Sequence record: PZ386980.1
DNA length: 64,000 bases
From: a phage
Direction: 5' to 3' (one strand)
Every line of letters begins with the position of its first letter. Within the stretch, counting starts at the first letter, position 1. The notes below the pieces were generated by a model. The model worked only from the letters and a program-made list of their open reading frames with translations. It made no database searches and was not told the DNA's origin. Positions 32,779 to 42,696 of this stretch are shown here, one piece after another. The translations under genes and the position numbers were made by a program.

Positions 32779-32997
32779 TTATGCTTTGCGACTAAATTGT
32801 TCATAGTGCTGAATTACCTCTCTTAAACATTTGCATGTGAATGAAAACTTTTTAGCTACACCGCATTCAAATATATGTTCTCTTAAATCACATGTATCAG
32901 TATATCCCATCTCAACAATAAAATGCCTTATTAGATTTTTATCTTTATCATTGAGAGAATTAAAATAATCAGATTTTGAATTAATTTCCCTGGCCAA
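32779..32997 (-). CDS. hypothetical Cys-containing protein (72 aa)
   Basis: track ORF; contains five Cys (C..C..CxC plus one), possible metal site. Confidence 0.5.
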   Translation of the reverse strand: MAREINSKSDYFNSLNDKDKNLIRHFIVEMGYTDTCDLREHIFECGVAKKFSFTCKCLREVIQHYEQFSRKA

Positions 32998-33277
32998 ATT
33001 GAATCACCTTCAGTTGACGTTTTAATTCTTTTATCATTTCTTCGTTCATCGCAATATAAAGATCGCGTAAAGCAGGTTTTAGCATTCCATTTACCGGAGA
33101 ACTAAATGGGCATACATAATCTTTTCCTACAAGCTTTTTGGTAAATTCCATATCACAAAATTTAAATGCTGGCTCATTCGCATAAATTCCCCAATTAGTT
33201 GACATCATTTTATTGGCATATTCCAGTGCCTGAATTTGATTCATAATTCCATCAATTTGAAACTTTTTAATATTCAT
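32981..33277 (-). CDS. hypothetical protein (98 aa)
   Basis: track ORF in arn-motA accessory array. Confidence 0.5.
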   Translation of the reverse strand: MNIKKFQIDGIMNQIQALEYANKMMSTNWGIYANEPAFKFCDMEFTKKLVGKDYVCPFSSPVNGMLKPALRDLYIAMNEEMIKELKRQLKVIQFGQGN

Positions 33278-33738
33278 TAGTAAAGGTCCTCAGAGTAAAG
33301 TTCTTTTTCACTGCCACCACGTTCAATACGTACTTGTCCAGCGTAAGTTGCAATAATCATTGCTTCTTCACGTGTCCAATAATTACTGTATTGGTCAATA
33401 AACCCTTGGTCATCATCACAAACTTGTTGAGTAACTAATTGAGGTTTAACTACATCTAAAACTTCTGCCATATCTTTAGAATAATGACGAGCACCTGGAA
33501 CAACGAGAGTTCGTCCATCTTTTAATTTAAAACGGTTGGCTGCACAGACAATTCGTCGTTGATACTTTTGGTTTTCATCCCAATACGCAGTCTGCCAACA
33601 TATTTCAGGAACTTCATCTAAAACATTTTGTTCTGTATATTCACCGCCGTAAGAAGCTAATTTAGCAGCCAGACTTTCCGGAGTCTCACGCAACAAAGCT
33701 TTATCTAACAGAGCTAAACGTTCTTTAAAAGTTTTCAT
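33277..33738 (-). CDS. hypothetical protein (153 aa)
   Basis: track ORF. Confidence 0.5.
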   Translation of the reverse strand: MKTFKERLALLDKALLRETPESLAAKLASYGGEYTEQNVLDEVPEICWQTAYWDENQKYQRRIVCAANRFKLKDGRTLVVPGARHYSKDMAEVLDVVKPQLVTQQVCDDDQGFIDQYSNYWTREEAMIIATYAGQVRIERGGSEKELYSEDLY

Positions 33739-34064
33739 TTAAACCATCCTTTAATACGTTGCCACAAAGTTTTCTGTTGAGCTTTGTTAACACCAATTGA
33801 ACGAATAACTGGTTGAGATTCCTGGAATTCTTTATAATCAGCAAGGTAAATTTCATAAGCCACTTGAACAAAAGTACTGATCGCTGCCATAAAGTTCTTG
33901 CGAATTCCCATAGAGGCTTCAGAACCGCCACGGATGATTAAATATTTACCAGTCTTAATCTTTACGATACTTCCAAGATAAGCTCCATGGTACCAGATAT
34001 CCCAACCTTCTTGAGTAGGTTCTGCGCAACGACGAAGTTCATTGATAATTTCTAACTTGTTCAT
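33735..34064 (-). CDS. hypothetical protein (109 aa)
   Basis: track ORF. Confidence 0.5.
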   Translation of the reverse strand: MNKLEIINELRRCAEPTQEGWDIWYHGAYLGSIVKIKTGKYLIIRGGSEASMGIRKNFMAAISTFVQVAYEIYLADYKEFQESQPVIRSIGVNKAQQKTLWQRIKGWFK

Positions 34065-34074
34065 TATTTATTCC

Positions 34075-34710
34075 TCACAGTTCAGATGCTACAGTGATTA
34101 CTGCTTCAATGTTTTCTTCCGAGCGTTTAATGTCAAGATACACATTACCGTTTTTAGCAATTTTACATGACATTCCGATATCAGTAAATTTCTGAATATG
34201 ATGTTCCATCATTTTGTATCCAAAAATTCGCATATTTCCATTATTGTTAATTTCAAAATTGCGAATTCCATGAGTACGTTTTTCTAAAATAGCGAGATAG
34301 TTACTACGATAAGTTTCAACCTTTTTAAGAACAAATCCATTTTCATCTAAAAGTTTTAACATGAAGTCTTTATCTTCTTCCATATCAGAAGTAATTTCGC
34401 GAGCTTTACGAGTTGCTCGTTTTTTCAGCAGTTCAGGAGCGTTTTCCTGTGCGTATAAAGTTGCTGCATTTGAAATAATATCCTGAGCTTCACCAGTAAT
34501 GATTAATCCATCACCTGATTTCTCCACCAGGCCTTTTTTAATCAACACCCCAATATTACTATTAACTACTGCGTTACCTAAATCTGGATGCACCTCACGA
34601 ACTTCTGCAGCTGTAATGAAATCTTTCTTAGCAATAGTAATTAAAATCGCAGCAGTTTTTTCATTCAGAACATCGTTAGAAGCTTTGATGATGTAAGTTA
34701 CTTTAGACAT
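34075..34710 (-). CDS. motA: MotA middle-transcription activator
   Basis: 211 aa; MSKVTYIIKASNDVLNEKTAAILITIAKKDFITAAEV.. matches recalled T4 MotA; early promoter 34752-34781 upstream. Confidence 0.9.
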   Translation of the reverse strand: MSKVTYIIKASNDVLNEKTAAILITIAKKDFITAAEVREVHPDLGNAVVNSNIGVLIKKGLVEKSGDGLIITGEAQDIISNAATLYAQENAPELLKKRATRKAREITSDMEEDKDFMLKLLDENGFVLKKVETYRSNYLAILEKRTHGIRNFEINNNGNMRIFGYKMMEHHIQKFTDIGMSCKIAKNGNVYLDIKRSEENIEAVITVASEL

Positions 34711-34751
34711 TTTCTAATCTCCGTAATTCTGTATCAGTAGTTGATAGTTGT

Positions 34752-34781
34752 ATAATACCACAGTATGCTTTGGTTGTAAAC
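34752..34781 (-). promoter_or_regulatory. T4-type early promoter upstream of motA
   Basis: minus strand GTTTACA-accaaagcatactgtgg-TATTAT; UP region nearly identical to the one at 18096-18126. Confidence 0.65.
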
Positions 34782-34803
34782 CGGTTTGTGAAAAAAATTT
34801 TTG

Positions 34804-34834
34804 AAATAAAAAAAGGGAGAGCCGAGGCTCTCCC
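34804..34834 (-). terminator. rho-independent terminator after gene 52 / small ORF
   Basis: minus strand GGGAGAGCC..GGCUCUCCC followed by UUUUUUUAUUU. Confidence 0.7.
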
Positions 34835-34839
34835 TAAAA

Positions 34840-34989
34840 TTACTGCATGACAGTTATCACAGTCATGATAACACGTTGAATTCCGAACGCAAGAAGACCT
34901 CCTGCTACGGCTGGAACAACACCTAAACCCGTCAGTAAAATGCTACCGGATACTAATGCAGCGCTTGTAATACCTATGAATGGACTCAT
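34840..34989 (-). CDS. small hydrophobic membrane protein (49 aa), not in ORF track
   Basis: ATG overlaps gene 52 stop (ATGA); MSPFIGITSAALVSGSILLTGLGVVPAVAGGLLAFGIQRVIMTVITVMQ; terminator hairpin follows. Confidence 0.45.
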   Translation of the reverse strand: MSPFIGITSAALVSGSILLTGLGVVPAVAGGLLAFGIQRVIMTVITVMQ

Positions 34990-36314
34990 TTGATTTCCTC
35001 TAAATCTTTGGTGTATTCAGTAACTACATCAGTAGTTTTCCAATATTCGTTTTCTTCTTTTTTAGCTTTAGCTTCTTCAGCAAGTTTCTTTGCTTCATCG
35101 GAAGTCATATGAAAAATATTCATTCCAACTAGTTTATCAACATAAGAAGAATACATATCGATTTTCGAAAGTTCTTCGGTCAGTTCTTTACGAGTTTTAC
35201 CTTGAACAACAATTTCACCTGAAATTACTTTCTTAATGAAATGTGCCTTGGCAAAGGCTAAACGAAAAGCTGACTCAGTTTCTTTGATTTTGTTATCAAT
35301 TCGTTTTTGGACATAAGTTTTACGAACTTCAACAAAGTCTTTAATTAAATCGACTACGTTATCGTAAACTTGTAGTTTTCCTTTCTCATTAATAACCGTA
35401 ATATTCTGAGAACGACGCTCAATCAACCCGAAGTCTTTCATAATTTTTGCGTGGCGTTCTTCTTCATTATCGCTCAAAGAATATTCTTTACGGAATTTAA
35501 CTTTGAATCCAAAACCGTGCTCACCGCAAGCATCATCCCATGTAATGAAGCCTTTATCTTCAAGTGGGTCTAAAATTTTACTCACATAAGTTTCACGATC
35601 ATACTTATACGGAATCTCAGTGATATGCATTTGAGTTCGTGAAGTAAACTTATATGTTCCACGAATTTCATATTGCCCATCAATTTCAACGACTTCACCA
35701 CGAAATTCTGGGAATTCTACCTTCGGTTTAGTTACTTTCTTTCCTTGAAGAGCTTGTAATACAGCTTTCTTGACAGAAGAAACACTATGAGGAAGAATGT
35801 AAGTTGCATAACCAGTTGCAATACCGGAAACACCATTAAGAAGAACAGTAGGAATAATAGGCAAATAGAAAGCAGGCGGAATGTGTTCTTTATCTTGATG
35901 TACCGGAGCATATTCAGTATCTTTATATACGTTATAGAAATTTTTACTTACACGAGCAAAAATATAACGACTTGCTGCTGCTTTTTGGACGGTACGAGAA
36001 CCAAAGTTTCCTTGACCATCTAACAGAGGAAAGTTATTATTCCAAGTGTTAGCCATCAAAGCACCTGCGTCTTGTGCAGAGTTTTCGCCATGGTGATATC
36101 CAAGGTCCGCTACACCACCTGCAATAGAAGCGAGTTTGTGAAACTTATCTTTATTTCCTCGTGCCAAATCAAGAGCTCGAGCAATAACAAATCGTTGAAC
36201 TGGCTTAAATCCATCAATCATATTTGGAATAGCACGATTTTCAACCGTGTACATAGCATAAGCCAATGCTTCATTATCAATGATACTTTTTAAATCGCGA
36301 TTATTCAGTTGCAT
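34986..36314 (-). CDS. 52: gp52 topoisomerase II medium subunit
   Basis: 442 aa; matches recalled T4 gp52 (MQLNNRDLKSIIDNEALAYAMYTVENRAIP..). Confidence 0.92.
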   Translation of the reverse strand: MQLNNRDLKSIIDNEALAYAMYTVENRAIPNMIDGFKPVQRFVIARALDLARGNKDKFHKLASIAGGVADLGYHHGENSAQDAGALMANTWNNNFPLLDGQGNFGSRTVQKAAASRYIFARVSKNFYNVYKDTEYAPVHQDKEHIPPAFYLPIIPTVLLNGVSGIATGYATYILPHSVSSVKKAVLQALQGKKVTKPKVEFPEFRGEVVEIDGQYEIRGTYKFTSRTQMHITEIPYKYDRETYVSKILDPLEDKGFITWDDACGEHGFGFKVKFRKEYSLSDNEEERHAKIMKDFGLIERRSQNITVINEKGKLQVYDNVVDLIKDFVEVRKTYVQKRIDNKIKETESAFRLAFAKAHFIKKVISGEIVVQGKTRKELTEELSKIDMYSSYVDKLVGMNIFHMTSDEAKKLAEEAKAKKEENEYWKTTDVVTEYTKDLEEIK

Positions 36315-36318
36315 AAAT

Positions 36319-36459
36319 TTACCATACTAGTGAATGTAGTGCCATAATAACATCAGAAATGAAAAGCACGACTTGAATTAATCCGAACATTATTCCGTAA
36401 TATAACGCTATCAATAAAATAACAAGGGTTAATGAATAGCCCAAGATTTTCTTAATCAT
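36319..36459 (-). CDS. small membrane protein (46 aa), not in ORF track
   Basis: MIKKILGYSLTLVILLIALYYGIMFGLIQVVLFISDVIMALHSLVW; start overlaps stop of next small ORF. Confidence 0.45.
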   Translation of the reverse strand: MIKKILGYSLTLVILLIALYYGIMFGLIQVVLFISDVIMALHSLVW

Positions 36460-36607
36460 TTTTTGAACCGATACAAGCGAATAATGATAAAACTGCTAAT
36501 GTCCCTTGAGCTGTTGACTGCAAAAATACTGAAGTTTCTCCAGTTATTATTGTTCCGGCGAATGAAAAGGACCAACAGAAAAAGGCTATACCATTAACAA
36601 ATTTCAT
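36452..36607 (-). CDS. small membrane protein (51 aa), size and position of T4 ac
   Basis: GAGGAA RBS then ATG 36607; MKFVNGIAFFCWSFSFAGTIITGETSVFLQSTAQGTLAVLSLFACIGSKND. Confidence 0.45.
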   Translation of the reverse strand: MKFVNGIAFFCWSFSFAGTIITGETSVFLQSTAQGTLAVLSLFACIGSKND

Positions 36608-36617
36608 ATTTTCCTCA

Positions 36618-36695
36618 TTAGCGTCCGAAGACGCCTTTAGTTTTAAAATTATTACGATAGAACTGCATCACATGTTCGTTATGGAAATTACTCAT
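36618..36695 (-). CDS. stp: Stp peptide (25 aa), not in ORF track
   Basis: [25 protein letters not shown] matches my recollection of the 26-aa T4 Stp; ATG overlaps ndd stop by 1 nt. Confidence 0.7.
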   Translation of the reverse strand: MSNFHNEHVMQFYRNNFKTKGVFGR

Positions 36696-37138
36696 TAATA
36701 TGCCTGCAAAACGAATTTAAAGTTATCAGCCAACATACGGTTCATTTCTTCAAGTGTTTGATACTCAGAATGATGATTACGAGTAAACGCTAAAGCTAAC
36801 TGACCTTTACCAAATCCCGTCGTCAGAGGTTTCATCTTAGAAGCAGGCAGATAAAATACTGTGTATGCCATATTGTTATTTGCAATAGTACGCGCAAGCT
36901 GAGACCGGCGTTGACGAATATGACTTAGAACTGCGCTGAATCCTTGCTTAGAACGCTGATTACCAACATAAAATCGTGCAGACACACATGAACCATCGAA
37001 TTCACTTACTAAAAAGTAAAATCCAGGTTTAGATAAAATGTCTTTATGTGGAGTTCCCAAAAACCACTCACCGCCCTTGATTGTACCAATAACAGTAGCG
37101 CCTGCATTATTCAGATCAGTAACAGTCATATATTTCAT
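36695..37138 (-). CDS. ndd: Ndd nucleoid-disruption protein
   Basis: track ORF trimmed to ATG 37138 ([28 protein letters not shown]..) with GAGGAAA RBS. Confidence 0.85.
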   Translation of the reverse strand: MKYMTVTDLNNAGATVIGTIKGGEWFLGTPHKDILSKPGFYFLVSEFDGSCVSARFYVGNQRSKQGFSAVLSHIRQRRSQLARTIANNNMAYTVFYLPASKMKPLTTGFGKGQLALAFTRNHHSEYQTLEEMNRMLADNFKFVLQAY

Positions 37139-37198
37139 ATTAATTTCCTCTAAATTATTTTCTACTCCAAGGCCGTATGTATTCATACGGCCATTAAA

Positions 37199-37414
37199 TT
37201 AATCGTCGCAGTCGACGCTCAATTCCCAAAACTCTTCTACAGTATAAGTTTCAGTATCATTTTCAATACAGAAACGTTCATTACTATTATTTTCTAAAGT
37301 AGCATTAACTGTCGGTTTCTCGCTAGTGCTCTTAAGAGGTGAAATACGAATTAACTGATCACCGTTATCTAAACAGAAAATTTCACCAACTTTTACATCT
37401 TTAAAACTTTTCAT
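37199..37414 (-). CDS. hypothetical protein (71 aa)
   Basis: track ORF. Confidence 0.5.
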   Translation of the reverse strand: MKSFKDVKVGEIFCLDNGDQLIRISPLKSTSEKPTVNATLENNSNERFCIENDTETYTVEEFWELSVDCDD

Positions 37415-37529
37415 AATTCACCTCAAGGAGTATAAAATCCAAATGCAGTTGTTGACCATCCCATCCAATATGGAAAATTTGCACCAATGTAAAACATAAG
37501 AATATAAAACCAAATGTTTAGTAAATTCA

Positions 37530-37748
37530 TTATTTTACACCATTCCAAATTGTTTCAACCACAGATTTTAAACCATTTTGATGAATATCAATTCCGACTA
37601 CTGTCATCAAATAGATTCCAACTACAACTGAACCCAAGGCAAAAATCAGCATGAAAATGAATAAAGCCGGAAAAATATTATCGAAAAACCATTCAATAAA
37701 TGTAAAAGCACTGCGTTTACGCTTCATATTTTCCTCACATAAATCCAA
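37530..37748 (-). CDS. small membrane protein (72 aa)
   Basis: track ORF; hydrophobic stretch ALFIFMLIFALGSVVVGIYLMTVVGI. Confidence 0.45.
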   Translation of the reverse strand: MDLCEENMKRKRSAFTFIEWFFDNIFPALFIFMLIFALGSVVVGIYLMTVVGIDIHQNGLKSVVETIWNGVK

Positions 37749-37848
37749 AGTAAACGTTTAATACATCAATCATTAAAACGATTGGGAATATACTCAAAAC
37801 TATTAGTATTATAACTACATTCCATATAGCTTTAACAATCTTTTTCAT
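37735..37848 (-). CDS. small membrane protein (37 aa)
   Basis: track ORF 37735..37983 trimmed to ATG 37848 with GGAGGAA RBS; early promoter 37877-37906 lies inside the longer ORF. Confidence 0.45.
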   Translation of the reverse strand: MKKIVKAIWNVVIILIVLSIFPIVLMIDVLNVYFGFM

Positions 37849-37876
37849 TTTCTGTTCCTCCGTAGTTGATAGGGTA

Positions 37877-37906
37877 ATAGTACCACGGAAGAACAGTCTT
37901 GTAAAC
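37877..37906 (-). promoter_or_regulatory. T4-type early promoter
   Basis: minus strand GTTTACA-agactgttcttccgtgg-TACTAT; 29 nt to ATG 37848. Confidence 0.6.
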
Positions 37907-38091
37907 AACTTTTTTAAAAATATTCGTAATAAATGTGAATACCAACTACTACCGCTGAAACTTGCACAACCCACCACGCACAAGCAATAAGTACAGAATT
38001 CAAAATTTTCATAATAACCTCATTACAAAAGTAAATGTTAAACAAATTACTGGAATACTAATTAACCAAACAAAACACCACCATAATGAAC

Positions 38092-38355
38092 TCATAGTTC
38101 AATCTCAGCGATTTTCATTTCATTACTATTAATAGCCTCTTTAAGACTATCTGAAAGAATTACATTCCAGTGGTCATTCATATGACCATTAACTAAGCGT
38201 GTAATTTCTTCAGGAGTTGAAAAATAAGGCTGATCAGACTCCCAATGCGATAATCCTAAGCGAGTATAAATCATGCCTTCATCATCACTAGAATATTCAA
38301 CTGACACAAACTCATCAGTTATTTTATGCTTAGCATAATAAAATTTAAATTTCAT
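38092..38355 (-). CDS. hypothetical protein (87 aa)
   Basis: track ORF trimmed to ATG 38355 with GGAGAG RBS; promoter 38390-38419 upstream. Confidence 0.5.
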   Translation of the reverse strand: MKFKFYYAKHKITDEFVSVEYSSDDEGMIYTRLGLSHWESDQPYFSTPEEITRLVNGHMNDHWNVILSDSLKEAINSNEMKIAEIEL

Positions 38356-38389
38356 TTTACTCTCCAAATCCGTATCAGTTGATAGTTGT

Positions 38390-38419
38390 ATAGTACCACG
38401 GTCCTTGTGGTATGTAAAC
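38390..38419 (-). promoter_or_regulatory. T4-type early promoter
   Basis: minus strand GTTTACA-taccacaaggaccgtgg-TACTAT; 35 nt to ATG 38355. Confidence 0.6.
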
Positions 38420-38435
38420 TGTTTTGTGAAATTTT

Positions 38436-38993
38436 TTAAATGGAAAGATACCATCCGTTGTAGTTGCTTTTTCTTACAACCTTACGAAGGTCTTCTCTGT
38501 CACCGATGAACTTCGGAGTGTACTGGATGACACCTGGATGAATTTCTTTAGTGTTGAATATAATTATACAGTCAGCGACTTGATGATTTAGAATGGGCCC
38601 TAGATTTATTCCAGAACCATATGGATACTCTCCGCTGCATCCTGTTGTTACCGAAATCCAACGTGAGTCAGTTTGATGTGTCTTAACTTCTACACGAAGC
38701 CCGCAGTATTTTGGATGCGCCAATACATCCCATGCATATGTGTACGGATCATCGACATCTTCTTGGCCTTTATTGACATATCCGCTTAGCCAATCTGCCA
38801 CAAAAAACTCTGCGTACACAGCAATACGACATCTTTCGATAACTTCTGCCTTATCCTGATTTGGGTTCTGTTTTAAAGAGTATCTTGCAGTATCAGCAAT
38901 TTTGACCTTCATTTCATTGGTTAAATCGCTGTTCGATAGAGTAAATGTCGGAATCTGAAATAGTCTCTGTAACCCAGGATTCGTTTTCTGCAT
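38436..38993 (-). CDS. denB: endonuclease IV (DenB)
   Basis: 185 aa; size and position between ndd cluster and rIIB as in T4. Confidence 0.7.
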   Translation of the reverse strand: MQKTNPGLQRLFQIPTFTLSNSDLTNEMKVKIADTARYSLKQNPNQDKAEVIERCRIAVYAEFFVADWLSGYVNKGQEDVDDPYTYAWDVLAHPKYCGLRVEVKTHQTDSRWISVTTGCSGEYPYGSGINLGPILNHQVADCIIIFNTKEIHPGVIQYTPKFIGDREDLRKVVRKSNYNGWYLSI

Positions 38994-39076
38994 TTAAACT
39001 TTCCTTTATGTCGGAATCACTGATATTCATATAAATCATAATTTCTCTTAAAACAAAAGGGCCGAAGCCCCTTATT

Positions 39077-39271
39077 TTATTTGAATTGTGCAATTCTTTT
39101 CTCTAAACATTCAGCATAAGATTTCATTGAGATAAACTGCGAAAGTAGCAGTTCTTGCTCAACTGCGCTAACTGTTAGAAACTTTGCGCTTTCTAAAAAT
39201 TTACTCAGTGCATTAATTTTGAGCATTAATTGATCGTATTCTTCTTTTACTCGTGCTTGATAACCTAACAT
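39077..39271 (-). CDS. hypothetical coiled-coil protein (64 aa)
   Basis: track ORF flanked by CUUCGG-type hairpins. Confidence 0.5.
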   Translation of the reverse strand: MLGYQARVKEEYDQLMLKINALSKFLESAKFLTVSAVEQELLLSQFISMKSYAECLEKRIAQFK

Positions 39272-39299
39272 AATTTTCCTTAGTTAAGGGCCGAAGCCC

Positions 39300-40238
39300 T
39301 TATTTAAATTGTTCAGTAACGTCTTCAACTACTTCGTATTGGCAGGTACGCATTTTAGCATCATTGTAATCAATCGGAATTGATACTACATCACGTGGAT
39401 GTACTTTAACTTTTACAACTCGGCTGGTTGAACCACCGAAGTGACGAATATAAGATTTAGAACACACATGCAGACCACGAGAACAAGTTTGTGTATCATC
39501 GTCATTCACACGAGTACGTGGCATTTTAACTACTTTACCAGGACTGTTATCAAAGGTGTTTGAGTGACAGTCAAAGTAATTGCTGCGAACTACTTTCCAA
39601 GCATAGAAGTAACCATCTTCTGTAATTTCAATATCGTTTGCTACCAAGAAATCAAAAAGTCGAGATACCGCTTTCTGGCTTGGGTTTTCCAGCAGATTTT
39701 CCAAGAACGGAAAATAAAATTCAAAGTTTTCGCCTTTTTCCATCGAATCAAGAATACGATCAACCAAACCAGACCGCAATTCAATATTTTGATAGAATAA
39801 GCTTCCACCTTCAATTCGAACATCGCCGGAAATATATTTTTCAACAGCGCGACGAACATTAATTTTTTGTGCCGCTTCTTCCAGCTTATCCGCTACAAGC
39901 AGATTGAGAATTTCCTGGAAGTTTGAATGAGTATTAGGTGTTGCATTATAAGTTACACCATCGACAGTAATCGAAATGAATTTTTTAGATGCATTCCAAA
40001 TAATGTCAGATTTAGTAACTGGAGCAATAACTGCATCGCTATTAACTTTAACTGTAATATCACCGCTAATAGTAACTTTAGAGCGTTTAGCTTCTTCAGC
40101 ATTTTTCAAAACACGACGGATTGTATCAACCGATACACCTTGCCAATCAGCCAATTCCTGCTGAGTATAATTACCGCTTGAATACAGTTTAACAATTTCA
40201 GCTTGTTCGTTTTTGGTCAGGCATTTAATATTGTACAT
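39300..40238 (-). CDS. rIIB: RIIB
   Basis: 312 aa; MYNIKCLTKNEQAEIVKLYSSGNYTQQELADWQGVSVDTIRR.. matches recalled T4 RIIB. Confidence 0.92.
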   Translation of the reverse strand: MYNIKCLTKNEQAEIVKLYSSGNYTQQELADWQGVSVDTIRRVLKNAEEAKRSKVTISGDITVKVNSDAVIAPVTKSDIIWNASKKFISITVDGVTYNATPNTHSNFQEILNLLVADKLEEAAQKINVRRAVEKYISGDVRIEGGSLFYQNIELRSGLVDRILDSMEKGENFEFYFPFLENLLENPSQKAVSRLFDFLVANDIEITEDGYFYAWKVVRSNYFDCHSNTFDNSPGKVVKMPRTRVNDDDTQTCSRGLHVCSKSYIRHFGGSTSRVVKVKVHPRDVVSIPIDYNDAKMRTCQYEVVEDVTEQFK

Positions 40239-40249
40239 AATTTTCCTTA

Positions 40250-42427
40250 TTAGGCCGCAAGGGCCTTCATAGTTTTAGCGATTTGGGAAACTTCATCATC
40301 ACTTAAAGAGTTGCGATATCCGATGAAGTCGGAAACAATACGGAATTTCTTGGTAAACTCAGCAACCATTTTATCACTATTTTTTGAAGCATTATTTGAT
40401 AATACATCAAAAAGATTAGTTACTGTCCAGATATCATGACCGATGGTATCTTTTCCACCATTAAAATATACACCGCGCAATGAACTAACTATATTAGCGA
40501 GTCGTGTATATTCTTCAGAAACTTCATCTGTACTGAAGTACTTCATCATAAAATCTAGCTCAGGATACTTGATAATTTTATCAATATATCGTTGAGCTGA
40601 ACTTGAATAACCTACATACTTATCATAATCTACATCATCAAAAGCATCTATATATAAATCACGCAAAGCTTCAAAAATACATTGGCACTGACCGAGTTCT
40701 TTTACCTTTTTCTGTAAAAGCGGACGAATAACATAAAATTCATTAATGCCAATAAGATTAGCCATACGAATCAAAATATTCATAGATGGATGACAAAGAG
40801 ATGTAGTACCATCCATAGAGAAAATATCAGAACGATGCATATACGCTACATAACCAGTAATTTCATCTGCTTCTGACGTAAGTGTAAATAGTTCCTCTTT
40901 TTCCCATCGCCCATCTTTAATTTCAAATTTAAATGCTGTAGCAGCTTTAGGACGAGGAGCTTTACTTTTAACTACCTTTGGAATATAGCTTTTAACTAAA
41001 TTTTCAATTTCTGACAAATAATGAATGTTAACTTCATCACTTTCAAACATTGCCATAATATCAGGTAGTAAATCAATCTGCGATTCTACTTCCGGATTAA
41101 TAAACAGAAGACGCTCATTGTGATGAATATTCAAAGTGTTATTAAATTCACTATCATCTAACGCGTGTGCTAATCCACGGACAATATTAACACGATTTTT
41201 AATATTATCAATAACGATATTAATTTTTGTTGTATTAATACCAAACAGACGATAACTTGATGCAACGGCTGAAGTTTCATGACTTTGCTTAATGCGTTTC
41301 AGTCGAGGGTCAAGATTTACTTCATACACCACGCCTGCATTACATAACTTACTGTCAGGTTCAAACATGCTCTGCATCTTTTTATATGACAGATTTTTAG
41401 TCGTGAATTTGACTGAATTACTAATCATATAATCTCGAGCAGAATACCCCATCTTCATCAATTCACGATATGTGTGACGGGGAGATGTTGATTCTTTAAA
41501 TCGTTTTACATCTTCATTAAATGCTTTCTCACTGAGTTCTTTAACTCGTTCAATAATATTTTTACGAGTACGATCATCCAGCGAAAGAGCCTCGCGAGAT
41601 GGAGCAATATCAAGTGAACCCATTGGAAACTTAATGTAATTCACTTCATTGCGAATGCTTAGCCAGTTACGGTCTCTAATAACACCATCGATAGGATAAA
41701 CAATACCGCCATAGATAGCATATAATCCACCACGATCTGGCCAGTATCTTTCTGGATTTACGCCATAATAATCATCAAAATCCGGAAAATAATCAATTTC
41801 GCGGTCAAGACCATTAATGATAGCCAAATCTTTGAACGGTCGCATGATATAAGAAACTTCATAAGCAAAGTTTCTAAAGTCTTTTTCTTCAACTGGAACT
41901 ACGATTTCAATACCAGTTTTATCATCTGGACCCATTTCTTTTACGAATGTAGGTTTAATCTGTGGGCCATCACCATCCATGTAAGCTACATAACCACGAA
42001 TTTCACCTTTATGATACGAAGTAATACTAAACGTATCAGTATAACTAAACGGAGATTTAGAACCTAAACCAAATCCGCCAATGAAATCGTTAGATTCAGC
42101 TTTAGATGAACTGAAGTATGAATTATACAAACCAGGAGAATTATCATCACCCTGAATATCAAAATCACTCATACCCGGACCAAAATCTCGGCAAACAAAT
42201 CGTGGATCTAAACGTCCAGGAACTTGAATGATAAATTTTTCAGGATTTCCATTGAGAGCATGGGCATCAATCATGTTGGTAATCAATTCACGGACTACTG
42301 CGCGAATTTTGTTTGTATACAAATCAGACGACAGAATTTTAAATACTTTAGGAGATGCTGTGATGCTAAATGCTTTTGATTTAGAACCATTACCAAGAAT
42401 TGTTTCTTTTTCAGTGGTGATAATCAT
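40250..42427 (-). CDS. rIIA: RIIA
   Basis: 725 aa; matches recalled T4 RIIA ([30 protein letters not shown]..). Confidence 0.95.
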   Translation of the reverse strand: MIITTEKETILGNGSKSKAFSITASPKVFKILSSDLYTNKIRAVVRELITNMIDAHALNGNPEKFIIQVPGRLDPRFVCRDFGPGMSDFDIQGDDNSPGLYNSYFSSSKAESNDFIGGFGLGSKSPFSYTDTFSITSYHKGEIRGYVAYMDGDGPQIKPTFVKEMGPDDKTGIEIVVPVEEKDFRNFAYEVSYIMRPFKDLAIINGLDREIDYFPDFDDYYGVNPERYWPDRGGLYAIYGGIVYPIDGVIRDRNWLSIRNEVNYIKFPMGSLDIAPSREALSLDDRTRKNIIERVKELSEKAFNEDVKRFKESTSPRHTYRELMKMGYSARDYMISNSVKFTTKNLSYKKMQSMFEPDSKLCNAGVVYEVNLDPRLKRIKQSHETSAVASSYRLFGINTTKINIVIDNIKNRVNIVRGLAHALDDSEFNNTLNIHHNERLLFINPEVESQIDLLPDIMAMFESDEVNIHYLSEIENLVKSYIPKVVKSKAPRPKAATAFKFEIKDGRWEKEELFTLTSEADEITGYVAYMHRSDIFSMDGTTSLCHPSMNILIRMANLIGINEFYVIRPLLQKKVKELGQCQCIFEALRDLYIDAFDDVDYDKYVGYSSSAQRYIDKIIKYPELDFMMKYFSTDEVSEEYTRLANIVSSLRGVYFNGGKDTIGHDIWTVTNLFDVLSNNASKNSDKMVAEFTKKFRIVSDFIGYRNSLSDDEVSQIAKTMKALAA

Positions 42428-42437
42428 AATTTCCTCA

Positions 42438-42641
42438 TTAATTCATATTACGCTTAATGACTTCAGCAACTTCTAGTAGTTCATCTTTAGTTGCGGTGTC
42501 GGATTGAATTTTATCTCTAATATCTTTAAAGCGGTTTTTAAATTCTTCGGCTTCTCCCATATCGAAAAAGCGTTGAATGATTCTATATTCTCGATGAACT
42601 GCTTTATCAAAAAGTTCTAAATTTACTCTATATGATTTCAT
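42438..42641 (-). CDS. hypothetical protein (67 aa), position of T4 rIIA.1
   Basis: track ORF; early promoter 42667-42696 upstream. Confidence 0.55.
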   Translation of the reverse strand: MKSYRVNLELFDKAVHREYRIIQRFFDMGEAEEFKNRFKDIRDKIQSDTATKDELLEVAEVIKRNMN

Positions 42642-42666
42642 TTCAATATCCTCATTTGCCCAATTA

Positions 42667-42696
42667 ATTATACCACATCCTTGTGGTAAAGTAAAC
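42667..42696 (-). promoter_or_regulatory. T4-type early promoter upstream of rIIA.1-like ORF and rIIA
   Basis: minus strand GTTTAC-18nt-TATAAT; overlaps 3' end of gene 39. Confidence 0.6.
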
